This document shows positions 1 to 13,954 of a DNA stretch of 64,000 nt, in pieces. The position numbers and the translations under genes were made by a program. Below the pieces are notes generated by a model, which made no database searches, was not told the origin of the DNA, and worked only from the letters and a program-made list of their open reading frames with translations. Origin of the DNA: Nymphaea colorata (taxonomy: Eukaryota); assembly GCF_008831285.2 (NCBI RefSeq), contig NC_045138.2, forward strand, positions 32,550,001 to 32,614,000, read 5' to 3'. Numbering within the stretch: position 1 is the first letter of the stretch; each line of letters opens with the position of its first letter.

Positions 1-877
1 ATGTGCCTAGGGTTCCGACCTTGACTTGCTCTGGTTTTTAAGGATCGGATTTAGGAAAATCAACAATTGAATGAGAATCGAGCCACTCGCTTTTGCCGCC
101 ACAGTTTTGGTCCTTATTTTTTTGTTCGGTTTACTAACTACAGTTGTCTTTTCCTGTAGAGCACCTCACTGTCAGTTAACAATATTCTTGCATGTTGTGG
201 GTCTATGTGTGGAGGTGGCTGTGATGGAGGCTGGCCTATCAATGACTGTCAATACTTTGTCCAAAATGGCGTCGTCACAGAAGAGGTATAATATTAAAGA
301 TTGATATTCTGTAGCTCGGTCTTTGAATTGTGTAGTAGACATAGTTTCCCAAACGAGTAACCATGTAGAAATCCTTCATCAAATGTGCTGCTGATTGACT
401 TCTTTTGGTATGCATTATACAGTAAGAGCTAAATTTATCCTATGCTTGGGATTCCTTCACGGATATAGCAATCTTTATGCACTATTTTTGAACATAGAAA
501 TAATATGCCTAAAGATGGGGATGAGAATGGAAGTGCAGCCGATGTTCTTAAGAAAGGAGATGAGAGGATAGGTTCTGGTCTTCAAGCTGCACAGCTGCAT
601 TTTTCACACATCCTCCACTCACATCGGTATTTCCAAAAGTACAACAAGGCTCAAGCTAAGCCAAAGAATGGAAAGGAAGAAGGTTGAAGATGCCCGGCCA
701 AAAAAAACCCTCGTTGCCTGTTCATTGAAAGTTCAACCAAATTTTACATTTGATTCTTGGAATTCATCCTCTGGTGTTGGTTTCGGCTTTGTGTTGAGAG
801 AGAATTTCTTCATTTGAAATTATAAAAAAAGCAAAAAAAAATAAGAAAAGGAACTGATATATGCTGAAAAAACCAAA

Positions 878-3800
878 GTCAACCGGCTGCAATATAGATT
901 TCTCAGCTGAAGCCTTCCTTCTGATTTTCTTTTTCCTTTTTTTTCTACAATCTTATGTGCTACAAATTGTATTAGATATACCATGTTAACCAGTGAGTAT
1001 AAACTATAAAGTGATTCTCTATCCCTCGAACTTGGCTTGTGAACGTCTCTACTAATAACTCATACTAGAATTCAAAACCAATTCATCATAAGTAGCTAAT
1101 CAATCATGAAACCATTCATGTAACATACATACACACATAGAAGCTTGAAGGATGCTTGTCCACCAAGAACAGTCCAAGATGCCCGCCCTTCAAAGCTGTC
1201 TGTCACCCCCAAACTAGCCTTGTTGATGTCCAAGATGCTCATCTGCCAACCAACAAATTGTCCAATTCACTTGATGTTCTTTAAAGTTTTTAAGCTTGAA
1301 CGTTAAGCTTCCTAAAAGACATTAATTACACATTTAAAGCGGAAGGTAAAATATAGGATGACTTCATGTAAACTAGCACAGAACTTCCAGGGTCTATTTG
1401 GGTCTATATTTTTTATAAAAGATTTTATAGAAGTTCAAATTTTATGATTAAGTTATTGAAGATTCCAAGGAGTAATCATACATAATAAGAACTTATTTGT
1501 TTCGATAACTGTTAAGTACTGGGAGTAATTTTACTGGTCGTTCAGATTCTTCTAATGGGACCTTGCATTCTGTAGTAGCATAGGCAGCATTTACTTGTTA
1601 TGGATGTCCATGCAGAGAAATTTTTCCTATTTTTTAGATGCAACTTTGAACCTAACCTAAATTATGCAATTTGCCAACGTTTTATGTGCGTCTTAAATAT
1701 CAACCAAATTTTATTGATTGATGCTGAACCACAGCTCAATCAAACTATCAGGGACCAAAACCTGGTCGGATTCAGTTGCATTTGTTTTCAACTTTTTCAA
1801 TTCTTGAACCTCTGTTTACAATAACTAGGTTTTTTCTTATATATACAATAAATTGTTTGTTTAACGTTTAAGTTTTTAATTAAGATATCTCTTGTTTTTG
1901 CAATTTTGAAATCATAGATCAAGGTAAACTACGTATTCTATTTATCCATTTGATAGATGATGCATTGATTTTTTGGTCATGTGACGTTTCCTGTACCATA
2001 GTTATGTGTTATTTATAACATTGAGGAATGATGAAGTTGGAAGGATGCGTGAGAATTTACCATTGATCTTGTTTCATAATTCATTTACATTAACTCGTGG
2101 ACAATGTTACTCTTGGTAAGGTTCTGGCTTTGATTTTGAAAAAGATTGTTGTTAGTCCATAAGTTGATGATGCTTACTGAATAGGCCATCATAATCCAAT
2201 TGATGCAGCTAGTTGTGTTCGGCCATAAGATGACTTAATTTCCATTGAGACATTCTAAAATCAACAGTATTGCAAGTTCCATTCTTTGTTTGTGGTTGCT
2301 ATTGATGTGTTTTGCGTATCAATGATGGGTTTTGGCCCTGAGTGAGACTTAGAGATATGTACAAAAGGGATTGAAAATCTGGGTGGTTAGTCTGCCAGAC
2401 TTACTTAATCTTATTCGGGTTCCTAGCAAAACTTCATTCATGAGGATTGTGCGTACATGGTAACATAAACCAGGCTTGTATTCTTTAGTCTGTTCTTAGT
2501 TCACATTTTAAGCTATAGGTTAAACTGTTTAAATATTAGACATACTCATGTTGGTCTCTGTAAAAATCTATGTGGTTCATGGTCACTATATGTTTGGTTT
2601 GAGATCCATAATCTATCTGTCGCAGGGACCTTTCTGTTTCCTAGAGGGGAATTAATTTTGATGGAGTTTTTTCGTGCAAACATGCTTCTGGACAGCAATA
2701 TGAAGAATGCAATGATATAGCTACCAAAGGTGAATGGTGGTTGTTGGATTGATCGTGCGCGCTTTTGCTGTGCAGGAACCTCAAAAGCATTGCTGAATGA
2801 TCAGGTTCAATACCACTGGCATCCAAGATTTCAAGCATCAAACTGAGGTCGATTCCTCAAAACATTTCTGTGCAATCATATTACGAGAAACACCTGCAGA
2901 AAATCCCGTGTTCGACATGAATTCCTCCAAGCGCCTTGCATTTGTCAGGTAGAGGTAACTGATCAAGATTCTACAAACTTAAATAATCGTAATTTCAATG
3001 CTAAAGGAAATTGAACAACTGAAATAGGAAATAACGTGGACTGCAACTTTCGAACAATGAAGGCAATTAGAATGACAAACTAGCTCATATTAGGAAGTCA
3101 AGAGTGCCGGTGCAGAAATCAAAATGTGAAGTGGATTCTTAATAAACAAACAGTTTATTAGACAGATAAATTTGTTTAACCATCAAAGCTGTTAGTGTTA
3201 AAAATCACAAGACGGAGACAGAGAGAGAGAGAGAGCTGAGAGTTAGGCTGGCATCTTAGGTGCACGCCTAGTGTGTCTGCCAGGGTTGTGCACGCTTCGC
3301 GGTCTGGGGCGTGCGCTCCAAATAACACCGGCTGTATTTTCGGCTGGTTTTCATGATTAGTTACAATAATGTATACCGGTGGCAAAAGTCACCGTTATAG
3401 GTCTACAGCGGTGAAAGTATCCAACGGCGACAAACAGCACCGGTAGAAGTGTGATCTAGCGGCGAATAATGTCATCGGTATAAGCGGCTGTAGCGTCGGG
3501 AAAAAGCACCGGTATAGACAAATACCGGTTGTCTTCGTCGCCGCTATTGAGCTATAACGGTGGTTGTTCGGTAAGCATATCTTCCCTTCTTGTTGTACAA
3601 CAAGAACCAGCTTAAATTTGAAGTGCTTCGTTTAACCTTTTTTTGTATATAATTCAAACAGTTAAATACAAGATTCCCATACCTTAAAATATGCCTGTTA
3701 CCATTCAAATTTGGTGTATATTTATATTTTTCAGATTCACGATACATGACGGCGTGGGTCTGTCAGTATTGTTTAGAAATCAGGGAAGTCTATGGGATCA

Positions 3801-4945
3801 GTTATAGGTGTGCCAAAATATTTAAAGAAATTTACCATCGGTTGCATCTAAATTTAATCAGGAGAAAACAAACGTTGCATCTGGTATTTAATTGATCGTG
3901 GGAGTGCAGATCTGTCTGAAGTAATTGCATTGACGTTCAAGTCAAATTATGCTGACAGTTAAGTAATAAGTGAATAAACGTGCCTTGTAACATCGTGTAA
4001 CACTAGATCTTCTTTCCAAACAGGACCGGTGTAAAATCTTGTCTTTAAAAGCAGATCTTCCAATGATAAAGGGCGTTTGTCGTTCTCGACTTCAGATTTC
4101 AGGGTCTCATTAGTTTACAGTCATGATTCAGGCAAATTGTTGATGTGAGAACAATAAATGTAAAAATCTCTTGTTTCCGAAGTTCGCATGAGTCTTAACT
4201 CAGGGGAGATTTAAGATGCAACCCAGTATTTTCACAATGTAATTTACGCATCTTTACTGGTGCTGCCGTACTTTCTTCTGCTGAATCTATTGTCATATGT
4301 TAGTTCGGTTGATACTGGTGTAAGGTGCAATAAGAAGAGTGTTGTCAATATGGTTACTGGGGATGCTTCGAGGTGATCCAGTTTCTATGACTAATCAGTC
4401 ATGATCGAAAGCGTCAAGCACACAAGCAGGATCATTGCTGACTGGACTGGACTTCAACTTGTTGTATAGTGCCATTCCGATTCGAGATTGAAGGCATTTC
4501 AAAGGTACCGTTTGCTTCATGAATGGAACCTGTTATCTGGATCTGCACATGATTTGCAGATTCAAAGATTAATTAAATGAACTCTTACTCTGGCATTATT
4601 AGAAGGGAAAGAGTAAGTTTTGCACAATATTCATCAAGTGACTAATATAGGTTCTTTTCGATCTTCAAAATCAACAGTTGTGAACTTGGCAAAACTTGTA
4701 GGACATGCTTCTCGCTTGTTATATTATCAGTTGATTAAACCGTTTTTTGTTTATGAAATAGACATGGTAACTAACTTTAGGACTTATTATGGACAGAAAG
4801 CAGTCCTGTTTTGGTTTTCTTAACTTGTTTGATGTGTAAAATTTAATTCAGTGTATTGGTCCGTCGCTGCCTTTCTCAGCTTCCAATATTTGACTTAGGA
4901 AACCAACCACTTGACCTTAATTCTCATTGTTTTACATTTAAATCA
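878..4945. repeat. Duplicated module M, copy 1
   Basis: Colinear, diverged match to 18188-22405, from GTCAACC(G/A)GCTGCAATATAGATT to AATTCTCATTGTTTTACATTTAAA. Confidence 0.9.
3372..3606. mobile_element. Cluster of short inverted repeats resembling a decayed CACTA subterminal region (also at ~14975-15196, 20850-21082, 37120-37340, 44025-44255)
   Basis: Alternating ACCGG/CTATA and TATAG/CCGGT-type motifs ending near TTCTTGT(T)GT, similar to the CACTA end TTCTTGTAGTG. No intact terminus or target-site duplication (TSD). Confidence 0.45.
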
Positions 4946-4992
4946 TGTCCCAGTGCAGAACCCATCTCATAACATTGAGCAAGAGCACTCGC

Positions 4993-5240
<248 letters not shown>

Positions 5241-7113
5241 TTACAACAGTTCATTCAGGATGAACATTCAAAAACGAAGTCATAGAGTCTTGCTGCTATA
5301 CACGTTTACATGTGGACAGTAGATGGGAAATGTTTCTTGCAGCTTGTGAAAATTGGGAACTTGCTTTGATCAGATTGAACTATATTATATAGATGGAGAA
5401 GCATAATTGATTTCACGTCAATCGGCCGAACAGTGGTTTCATGATGAACAGTATTCATATTTCTTGATGTTCTTGCCGTAGAACTAATTGTGCAAATGCG
5501 ATCTCTTGCGAAAAGCCCCTAAAGCTTAATATTAATTCATGTTACAGATAAAACTTCAGTAAGTGCAAAAGCGCTTTTCTAATTCATTTGAATCTATATA
5601 TTTCGCGTTCCTGATATTTGTTCTTAGGCATTCCATGACGGAAAGCCCATCTTTGCGGCAAAACTGCAGTTCAATCAAATTTGACTGTTCCGGTTAACAA
5701 TTTTAAAGAGTATAATCTCAAGATTGGATGTTTCCCTGATTAAGGAAAAACTGAGGTTTAAGTGAGACAACTTGAAACAAATAATGAATCTGGAAAATAG
5801 TTAATAACGTAATATGGAAAAAGCATGAAACCATTCTAGCACTTCAAACTTATGTATAATTTCAGTCAAAAGCTTGAAACCATTCTAGCACATTGAATTT
5901 CTTCATTCTAGAAGAGACCTCATGTTACCAGGCTTCACAAGTAGTGCGTTTTTTTAGTTTGCTTTGCTTCTTTGTTTTAATTTCAAGATAATACACAGTT
6001 TTTATGCTCACAAGAACAGAACTGATTATCAAATGAATAATCTGCTACTTCATTTCAGAATTTGATAATTTAAAGTAAAGAAAAACGAGATATATTCGAA
6101 AATAAATTCTAAAACGCGAGATTTTGATTTCCAACGCAGTTTTTCAAAAAAACGGTCGGATCGAAAAAACGCGTCTTCTTTTACGCTTCTTCTGTTTGGA
6201 GCCCACGCCCCACGGTGGCATTATTTGTAATTTCAAAAACATTTTAATGGTATAAGCGGAATAAATTTTATAAAACGATAAAGTTAAAAGTTAAAAAGCC
6301 TTCATCGACTGAGAGGAAAGAAGTCGAAACAGGAAAACTCGTCGGCATTTAGGGTTTTGCAAATTTCCGACTTCCAAGACGCCAGTCCGATGGAAAGGTG
6401 GTACTTGCCGACGGACCGGTGCGTTTTCCGCCACCCAGCAGATCTCCGACCGGCGAGAAGCAGCCACAGCGGTAGGATTCGATTACAAACGATGGTTTTT
6501 TTTGTCTATTTGTGTTGGATCCCTTAGCTTATTGTGCCTTGGTTTTTTGTTGGTTTTTTGGTTTTTTTTTTTGTTTAGCTATGCATTCTGTCTGTCAAAA
6601 ACTCTTTGGTTTTTGTTTTTGGATTTTCTGTGCCGTGGAATAGTTAACGCGTTACTTGTATTTCCTATTTTTTTTATTTCTGTGGAATCCATGTTTTGTG
6701 CATAGCTCTTCGGCTGAAGACTGGTTTCGGTTTCCTTTTGTGTTTGATGGCCTGGAATTTTGATTCCAGAATTGAAAAAGACTTGTTTGATGAAATGATA
6801 ATTAAAAATCTGGAATTCAATTTAATCTGAAAAAGTTGCGGATTGCTAAATTAATTATACCTTATTGTTCTTGCTATTTTTTTCTATTTTTCCAATTACT
6901 AGAAGTTCTTTTTAGGCCCTTATTTGACAGTCTTCTTGAACTTATGGCCCTTATTTTAAAAATTGTAAAAGATATTAGTTTCCATTTTTTGACTATGGCA
7001 AAAGATGTGCCTAAAAATGCACTTTTTTCTTTGATGATAGAAGAACCTTAAAAAACTACACTACTTAGGTGTGGTGGTTTTCGAACATTTGTGTAGTTGT
7101 AAACGTAATGTGG

Positions 7114-7116
<3 letters not shown>

Positions 7117-7188
<72 letters not shown>

Positions 7189-7540
7189 TGATGTTTCTAC
7201 ATTGAACAGTCAAATGTTAAATATAATCACGTATTTAAAAAAAGGACATGATGTTGAGTTCAAATACATATATAAGCTTCAAAATCTAAAATATTCTTCT
7301 TATCAACCACCCCCTTAATCATCTTTTTGGAATCTTGTATGTAAAGGTTCAGACTGGATTTATTTATTTACCGAACTACTTACTTTTGGAAGGTGTGGTA
7401 ATAGGCGTGTGTGTTTTGATTTGTATGGTGAAAAGTCCTTCATCTAACTTTATCGTCTCTTCTTAGGTACTTGATTTTTTGGGTGTTGAAATATTTTGGA
7501 AAGTCAATAATAGCTAAGTTGGTTGCATCTATTTCTTAGA

Positions 7541-7588
<48 letters not shown>

Positions 7589-7941
7589 TGATGTTTCTAC
7601 ATTGAACAGTCAAATATTAAATATAATCACGTATTTAAAAAAAGGACATGATGTTGAGTTCAAATACATATATAAGCTTCAAAATCTAAAATATTCTTCT
7701 TATCAACCACCCCCTTAATCATCTTTTTGGAATCTTGTATGTAAAGGTTCAGACTGGATTTATTTATTTACCGAACTACTTACTTTTGGAAGGTGTGGTA
7801 ATAGGCGTGTGTGTTTTGATTTGTATGGTGAAAAGTCCTTCATCTAACTTTATCGTCTCTTCTTAGGTACTTGATTTTTTGGGTGTTGAAATATTTTGGA
7901 AAGTCAATAATAGCTAAGTTGGTTGCATCTATTTCTTAGAT
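7117..7941. repeat. Two (TA)n microsatellites heading a 400-bp-period tandem duplication
   Basis: (TA)n at ~7117-7186 and ~7542-7586. 7187-7541 matches 7587-7941 with one substitution seen. Confidence 0.9.
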
Positions 7942-8038
7942 CCTAGGGCGTGCATCTCCTGGAACTTATATGATGTTTTTTCATATACCTTTTTTTAGTC
8001 ATGATGTGTGCAACTCACTTATTTCTTGTTGTCTGTAG

Positions 8039-8203
8039 CTAGAAATGGGTCTTTCAAATCCTTACAGTAGTTCACGCGCGATTGAACTTCGTGCATTGAC
8101 CAGGCTACTTTGGCATGGACAGCAGGTCATGTGTTGGCAACTAGCGGCCTGGATGGTTCATGAACTTCTTTCACGATCAATATGGAAAATTTTTTATTAG
8201 GAG
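8039..8203 (+). pseudogene. Putative decayed exon, WD40-repeat-like (second copy 40739-40903)
   Basis: TGTAG acceptor, GAG|GTATTG donor, 165 nt (a multiple of 3). Reads ..ATLAWTAGHVLATSGLDGS(W/*)TSF.. with in-frame TAG/TGA stops. Confidence 0.35.
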
Positions 8204-8681
8204 GTATTGTTCTTTTTCCCAAACAGTTGAACAATCACTAGGATTGACGGTTTTTCTTATATATATTATGCATGATCTTTTTTGTGTTTAATACATATGA
8301 GAGCCTCATATATACATATGTGTGTGTGGGTGGGTGGATGGGTGTACATTTAATATGCATGCTTGTATACGTGAATATATGTAACTCTTTTAGATTCTTT
8401 ATTTTTCTGTATTATTATATTTTCAGCTGAGTTGGAGCTAGTCCAGTGGGTGGTTCTTCTCATACTTCGTTGTTTTTTATTATTTTTGGATGTATATATA
8501 GACCATGATATCTTTTTGTAAATATTCTGTTTTTACAGCTTCTTCGGATTTCAATTACATTATTCTTATTCTCCATTTCCTTTGTGATTTGGCGTTAGTG
8601 CCCATCATTGTGAGATTGTTGTGGGTTTGTGTATGTGACTGTTATCAGTCTTCTTTTCATGGTATTAGAGCCTGGGTTGTT

Positions 8682-11600
8682 TATGCTGTTGTGCATAGCT
8701 ATTCAGCTAAGGCCTTATTTTCAGTTGTCTTTGTTTTTCTTTTATGATTTTATCATTTATGAATTATCATTTTTTTTAAGATGAAAGATTTATGATGTTA
8801 CGTCTATTTGGATCAGTCTATTTGCATTGGATTTTTCTGCCTATTTGTGTTGGATTTTTTAATTTATTGTGTCTTGGCATTTTGTTTTGTTGTTTTGGTT
8901 TTTTTTTTAGCTATGCATTCTGTCCCGTTGGAAACCCTGTCCATTAGAAACGGAGCTATGCATTCTGCCAGTTAGAAACTCTTTCGTTTTTGTTTTTGGA
9001 TTTTCTGTACCATGGAATAGTTAATGCGTTACGTGTATTTCTGATTTTTTTCTTTTTATTTTTGTGGAATCCATGTTTTGTACATAGCTCTTCGGCTGAA
9101 GACTGATTTTTTAGTTCGATGTTTCGTTTCTTTAGAAGGGGTTAATATAGTATAACTCGATAACTTGATAATAGTTAGTATTTCATACTTATATGGACGT
9201 GAGATTCAATGTTTGGTGAATAAATTGTATGCTGTTGTGCATAACTATTCAGCTAACGCCTTATTTTCAGTTGTCTTTGTTTTGCTTTTTATGATTTTAT
9301 CATTTATGAATTATCATTTTTTTTAAGATGAAAGATTTATGATGTTACGTCTATTTGTATTATATTTTTCAGTCTATTTGCATTGGTGTTGGATTTTTAT
9401 ATTTATTGCGCCTTGGATTTTGTTGGTTGTTTTTTTTTTTCAGTTATGTTTTCTGTCCCGTCAGAAGCTCTCTCTGTTAGAAACTGACCTATGCATTCTG
9501 TCCGTTAGAAACTCTTTGGGTTATGTTTTTGGATTTTCTGTGCTGTGAAATAGTTAAGGCGTTATGTGTATGTCTGATTTTTATTTTTGTTTAATTTCTC
9601 TGGAATCCATGTTTTGTTCATATCTTTTAGTTCGATGTTTCGTTTCTATAGAAGGGGTTTAATAAAGTATGACACTAATAATAGTTATTATTTCATACTT
9701 TATAGACGTGAGACTCAATGTTTGGTGAATAAATATTATGCTGTTGTGCAGAGCTATTCAGCTAAGGGCTTATTTTCAGTTGTCTTTGTTTTACTTTTAT
9801 GATTTTGTCATTTATGAAATATGACTTTTTTAAGATGAAAGATTTATGATGTTAAGTCTATTTGCATTCGATTTTTCAGTCTATTTGCTTTGTATTTTTC
9901 TGTCTATTTGCATTGGATTTTTCAGTCTATTTATGTTGGGTTTTTTATTTTATTGTGCCTAGCCTTTTTGTTGGTTGTTTTGTTTTTTCTTTAGCTATGC
10001 ATTCTCTCCCATCAGAAACTCTGTCCGTTAGAAACTGAGTTATGCATTCTGTCCATTAGAAACTCTTTGGTTTTTGTTTTTGGATTTTCTGTGCCATGGA
10101 ATATTTAATACCTTACGTGTATTTCTGATTTTTTTTTTAATTTATGTGGAATCCATGTTTTGTGCATAGCTCTTTGGCTGAAGACTGATTTTTTTGTTTG
10201 ATGTTTTGTTTCCATAGAAGGGGTTAATTAGTATTACACTATAACTTAATAATAGTTTGTTTTTCAAATTTTATAACTTTTTTTAATTATATGTGTATTT
10301 CTGATTGTTTTTTTTATTTCTGTGGAATCCATGTTTTGTGCATTGCTCTCGGCTGAAGACTGATCTTTTAGTTTGGTGTTTTGTTTCTATGGAAGGGGTT
10401 AGCGGTTATTATAGTATGGCACTATAACTTGATGTTTGGTGAGTAAATATTATGCTTTTGTGCATATCTATTCACCTAAGACGTTATTTTCAGTTGTCTT
10501 TGTTTTGCTTTTATGATTTTATCATTTATGAATTATAATTTTTTTTAGATGAAAGATTTTTTATTTACGTCTATTTGCACTGGATTATTCAATCTATTTG
10601 CATTGGATTTTTCAGTCTTTTTATATTGGATTTTTATTTTTTTTGTGCCATGGCTTTTTGTTGGTTGTTTTTTTTTTTTTTTGGCTATGCATTCTGTCCC
10701 GTCAGAAGCTCTATTTGGTAGAGACTAAGCCATGCATTCTGTCCGTTAGAAACTCTTTGGTTTTTGTTTTAAGATTTTCTGTGCCGTGTAATAGTTAATG
10801 CGTTACAGTACTTCTGATTTTTTTTTTAATTGTTGTGGAATCCATGTTTTGTACATAGTTCTTCGGCTGACGACTGATGTTTTAGCTTGATTTTTTGTTT
10901 CCATAGAAGGGGTTTGTATAGTATTACACTATAACTTAATAATAGTTAGTATTTCATAATTTATAGACGTGAGATTCAATGTTTGGTGAATAAATATTAT
11001 GCTGTTGTGCATAGCTATTCAGCTAAGGCCTTATTTTCAGTTGTCTTTGTTTTACTTTTATGATTTTATCATTTATGATTTCTGATTTTTTTAAGATGAA
11101 AGATTTATGATGTTAAGTCTATTTGCATTGGATTTTTTAGTTTCTTGTGCCTTGGCTTTTTGTTGGTTGTTTTTTTTTTGTTAGCTATGTGTTCTGTCCC
11201 ATCAGAAACTCTGTCCGTTAGAAACAAAGCTATGCATTCTGTCCATTGGAAACTCTTTAGTTTTTGTTTTTGGATTTTCTATGCCATGGAATACTTAATG
11301 CGTTATGTGTATTTCTGATTTTTTTTTTAGTTTCTCTGGAATCCATGTTTTGTGTGTGACTCTTCGGCTGAGGACTGATTTTTTAGTTTGATGTTTTGTT
11401 TCCATAAAAGGGGTTAATAAGCATTACACTATAAGTTAATAATAGTTAGTATTTCATACTTTATAGACGTGAGATTAATGTTTGGTGAATAAATATTATG
11501 TTGTTCTATGTCACACGGGTGCGGATGTGATACGAGTGCGGATATGGGGATACGGGTGCGGATACGGCAAATTTCAAATTTTTTGGATACGCGGACACGG

Positions 11601-11962
11601 CTACATTAAATATTATAAAAAATGATAAGATTAAAAAAAACATTAAATTAATAGTTCACTCTTACAATCTTGTTAGAAAATGTGTTTTATCACAAAAGTA
11701 CTGAATATCTGAAATGATTGTTCATGGAAATAATTGGATGCATCATAAAAAATTGATAAAATGAAAAAAAAAACATTAAATTAATGACTTTTATTTTTTG
11801 CCGAGTCCTTGCTGTGTCCGCCCCCGTATCCCCGTGTCTGCCTGTCGACACGGATACGTGGGCTATTTTGCCGTGTCCGTGTGACATAGATGCTGTGGTG
11901 CATAGCTATTCGTCTAAGGCCTTATTTTCAGTTGTCTTTGTGTTACTTTTATGATTTTATCA
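8682..11962. repeat. T-rich tandem array, ~500-710-bp units
   Basis: Units start at TATGCTGTTGTGCATAGCTATTCAGCTAAGG at ~8682, 9229, 9738, 10451, 10998 and 11498. Internal sub-repeats GCTATGCATTCTGTCCGTTAGAAAC and TCTATTTGCATTGGATTTTTC. Confidence 0.92.
11506..11889. mobile_element. hAT-type MITE (384 bp)
   Basis: Perfect 13-bp terminal inverted repeats (TIRs) CTATGTCACACGG / CCGTGTGACATAG. 8-bp TSD ATGTTGTT / ATGCTGTG, against the empty site ATGCTGTT in sister repeat units. Subterminal GATACGG/CCGTGTC motifs. Confidence 0.85.
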
Positions 11963-12274
11963 TCTGTCTAATGATTTTCTGAAGTAATTGCACTGACGTT
12001 CAATTGAAATTAAGCGAAAAGTTAAATAATAAACGGGAGTTGTAAGATCGTGTAACATTACATCCTCTATCCAAACAGAAACAATACTGGTGTAAAATCT
12101 AGTCTTTAAAATCAGATTTCCCTTCTAAAGTTCAGATTTCAGGGTCGCTTTAGTTTACATTCATATTTCTGGCAAATTGTTGATGTGACAACCATAAATG
12201 TAAAATCTCTTGTTCCTAAAGTTGGCATGAGTCTCAACTCTGGGTGGACTTAAGATGCAACCCTCTATATTCAT

Positions 12275-13720
12275 TATGGACCAAAGTGCAGCGTCTTACT
12301 CCTATCTGGCTATCTCTTAATTTCTTCTTGAATCTGGGCAACTAATTTCCCTTCTCTTTCATTATCTTCTTTTTCGAGATTTGTTTTTATATTATCAATT
12401 AGTTTAGATTAGGTGGTGGTGTTGGTTTTGCATTTTGAGATGAGGTCTACTTAACTTTGCAATGTTTTGATTGCTCAAGTTTTGCAGAAAGAGTAACAGA
12501 GATCAAAAAACAGTGACTAATTGCCCAACAGAAAAAAATATGCTAGTCCGCAAAAATCACAAGGAAGTGAGCTTCTCCATGCTCAGGCGGAAGGTTCACT
12601 ACAATAGACATTAGATCTAGAACGGGCCCATCCTAAATCCTTGCGGCATCTTTCTTTCGTTTCTCTTCAAACCCTAAATCATCCTCTGTCTCTCTCTCTC
12701 TCCCCCCCTTACACTCCATTGTTTGCCCTCTCTCACGATCAATCGTCACAACTCCCTCTCTTTCTCAAATCTAGATCGCTATCTCATCCAAGGAATGAAA
12801 CTATTTTTTTTCCAACAAAGATTTGCTTTACTAAATGCCAAGCAGAATCAGATTCACAAGATTGAGGTAATGTGGCTCTAACTTGCCTATTTTATGTTTC
12901 TTTCTAATCTCCTTTCTATCTCAATTAACGGCAACTTTTACATTCGATTCATGGAGTTTGGTGTAATGGTTGGGTTTTTTGTTATTTCATTCATGAATCG
13001 TTTCTGGTTCTGAATGTGTGTTTCTTCATTTTCGCCGTCTCCTTCCTGGCATTTATCAAGATTGACCGAAATTGGCTTCAGAATCACGTCGCATCTGTCT
13101 ATTTGTTTTATAACAAGAACTTGGATCATTATTTCAAATTAAATTGAATGGATGCCGATGTTTGGAATGGAAATATGGTTTCAAAAATGAAAGTGCAAGT
13201 CAGTAACATAAACGGTGCAATATGGTGTATATGGCAGTGTGTATGTGACAATTGGTCTTTTGTTAACGGCAGTTGGTTTCCTTGAATTAAAATTTATCAA
13301 TTCTTGTTATCAGACCTGTCAATTCCATATATGTACTTCCGATTGTTCAAACGACGAAGATGTGGGAAGATTTGGGGATAGACACCGAGGTAGATGAAGA
13401 TCGAGGTTCCAAGATGCTATGATGGAAGAAAGAAGAACATCGACGATCCCTTTCTCTTTGGTTGAATTCCCAAGGTACGACGATCCCATGACACATTGCA
13501 GTTCCAGTTCTGTAGCCTGTAGGTTTGTGTATGTCGTCTCGCTCTTGTTCTCTTTTAGCTTTTGTATCTAATCTTTCATCCATGGGAAGGGCCTGGTTAG
13601 GTCTTTCAAATGCGATTCACGTGGTGTGCATTTTGTAAGCTTGTGCGTCTCCCTTGAAAAGCTAGAACTCTTTACGGTTCCGATCTTTCATTTGTGCGCA
13701 TTGGCGCGATCGTTAAGCTT
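12275..13720. repeat. Duplicated module N, copy 1 (promoter/5'UTR-like); copy 2 at 16581-18100
   Basis: Colinear match. Contains GGCCCA, an AAACCCTAA telo-box, a CT-rich leader and a GAG|GTAATG donor-like site. Confidence 0.88.
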
Positions 13721-13954
13721 TTTTTAAAGGCTTCGGTCTTCGCTAATTCTGTGTTGTCTCTCGTTGATCTTGTGTGGCTTGCTCATTAAGCTTCATGCCT
13801 TTGTCAAATTATGGACCTAATTGAAATAGGAAAGTTCTAATTTAACATCAAACGGAGGAGAGGGTTTGATTTCAACGGATCCTTAGAAGCAACCACAAGG
13901 GTTTCGATTTTAGTCGTACTTGGTCTTCTTGTAGTGTGCATGATTGTTGTGGGG

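Larger units (their letters stand above)
5840..10760. repeat. Segmental duplication, near-identical to 38985-43500
   Basis: Shared start CACTTCAAACTTATGTATAATTTCAGTC, colinear to AGAAACTCTTTGGTTT. Confidence 0.92.

Noticed and set aside
190..400. Faint RNase H-like (non-LTR retroelement) similarity, IKD*YSVARSLNCVVDIVSQTSNHV
   Set aside because: Catalytic motifs are not discernible; too weak without an HMM search
3255..3320. Helitron 3' end (GC hairpin then CTAG on the minus strand)
   Set aside because: CTAG is not followed by T, homology between copies continues on both sides, and the motif is missing in the 20760 copy
12597..13936. CACTACAATAGA (12597) and TTCTTGTAGTG (13926-13936) as a CACTA TIR pair
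   Set aside because: Match is only ~8 bp, flanks GTT and TGC give no 3-bp TSD, there are no subterminal repeats, and module homology extends past the left motif
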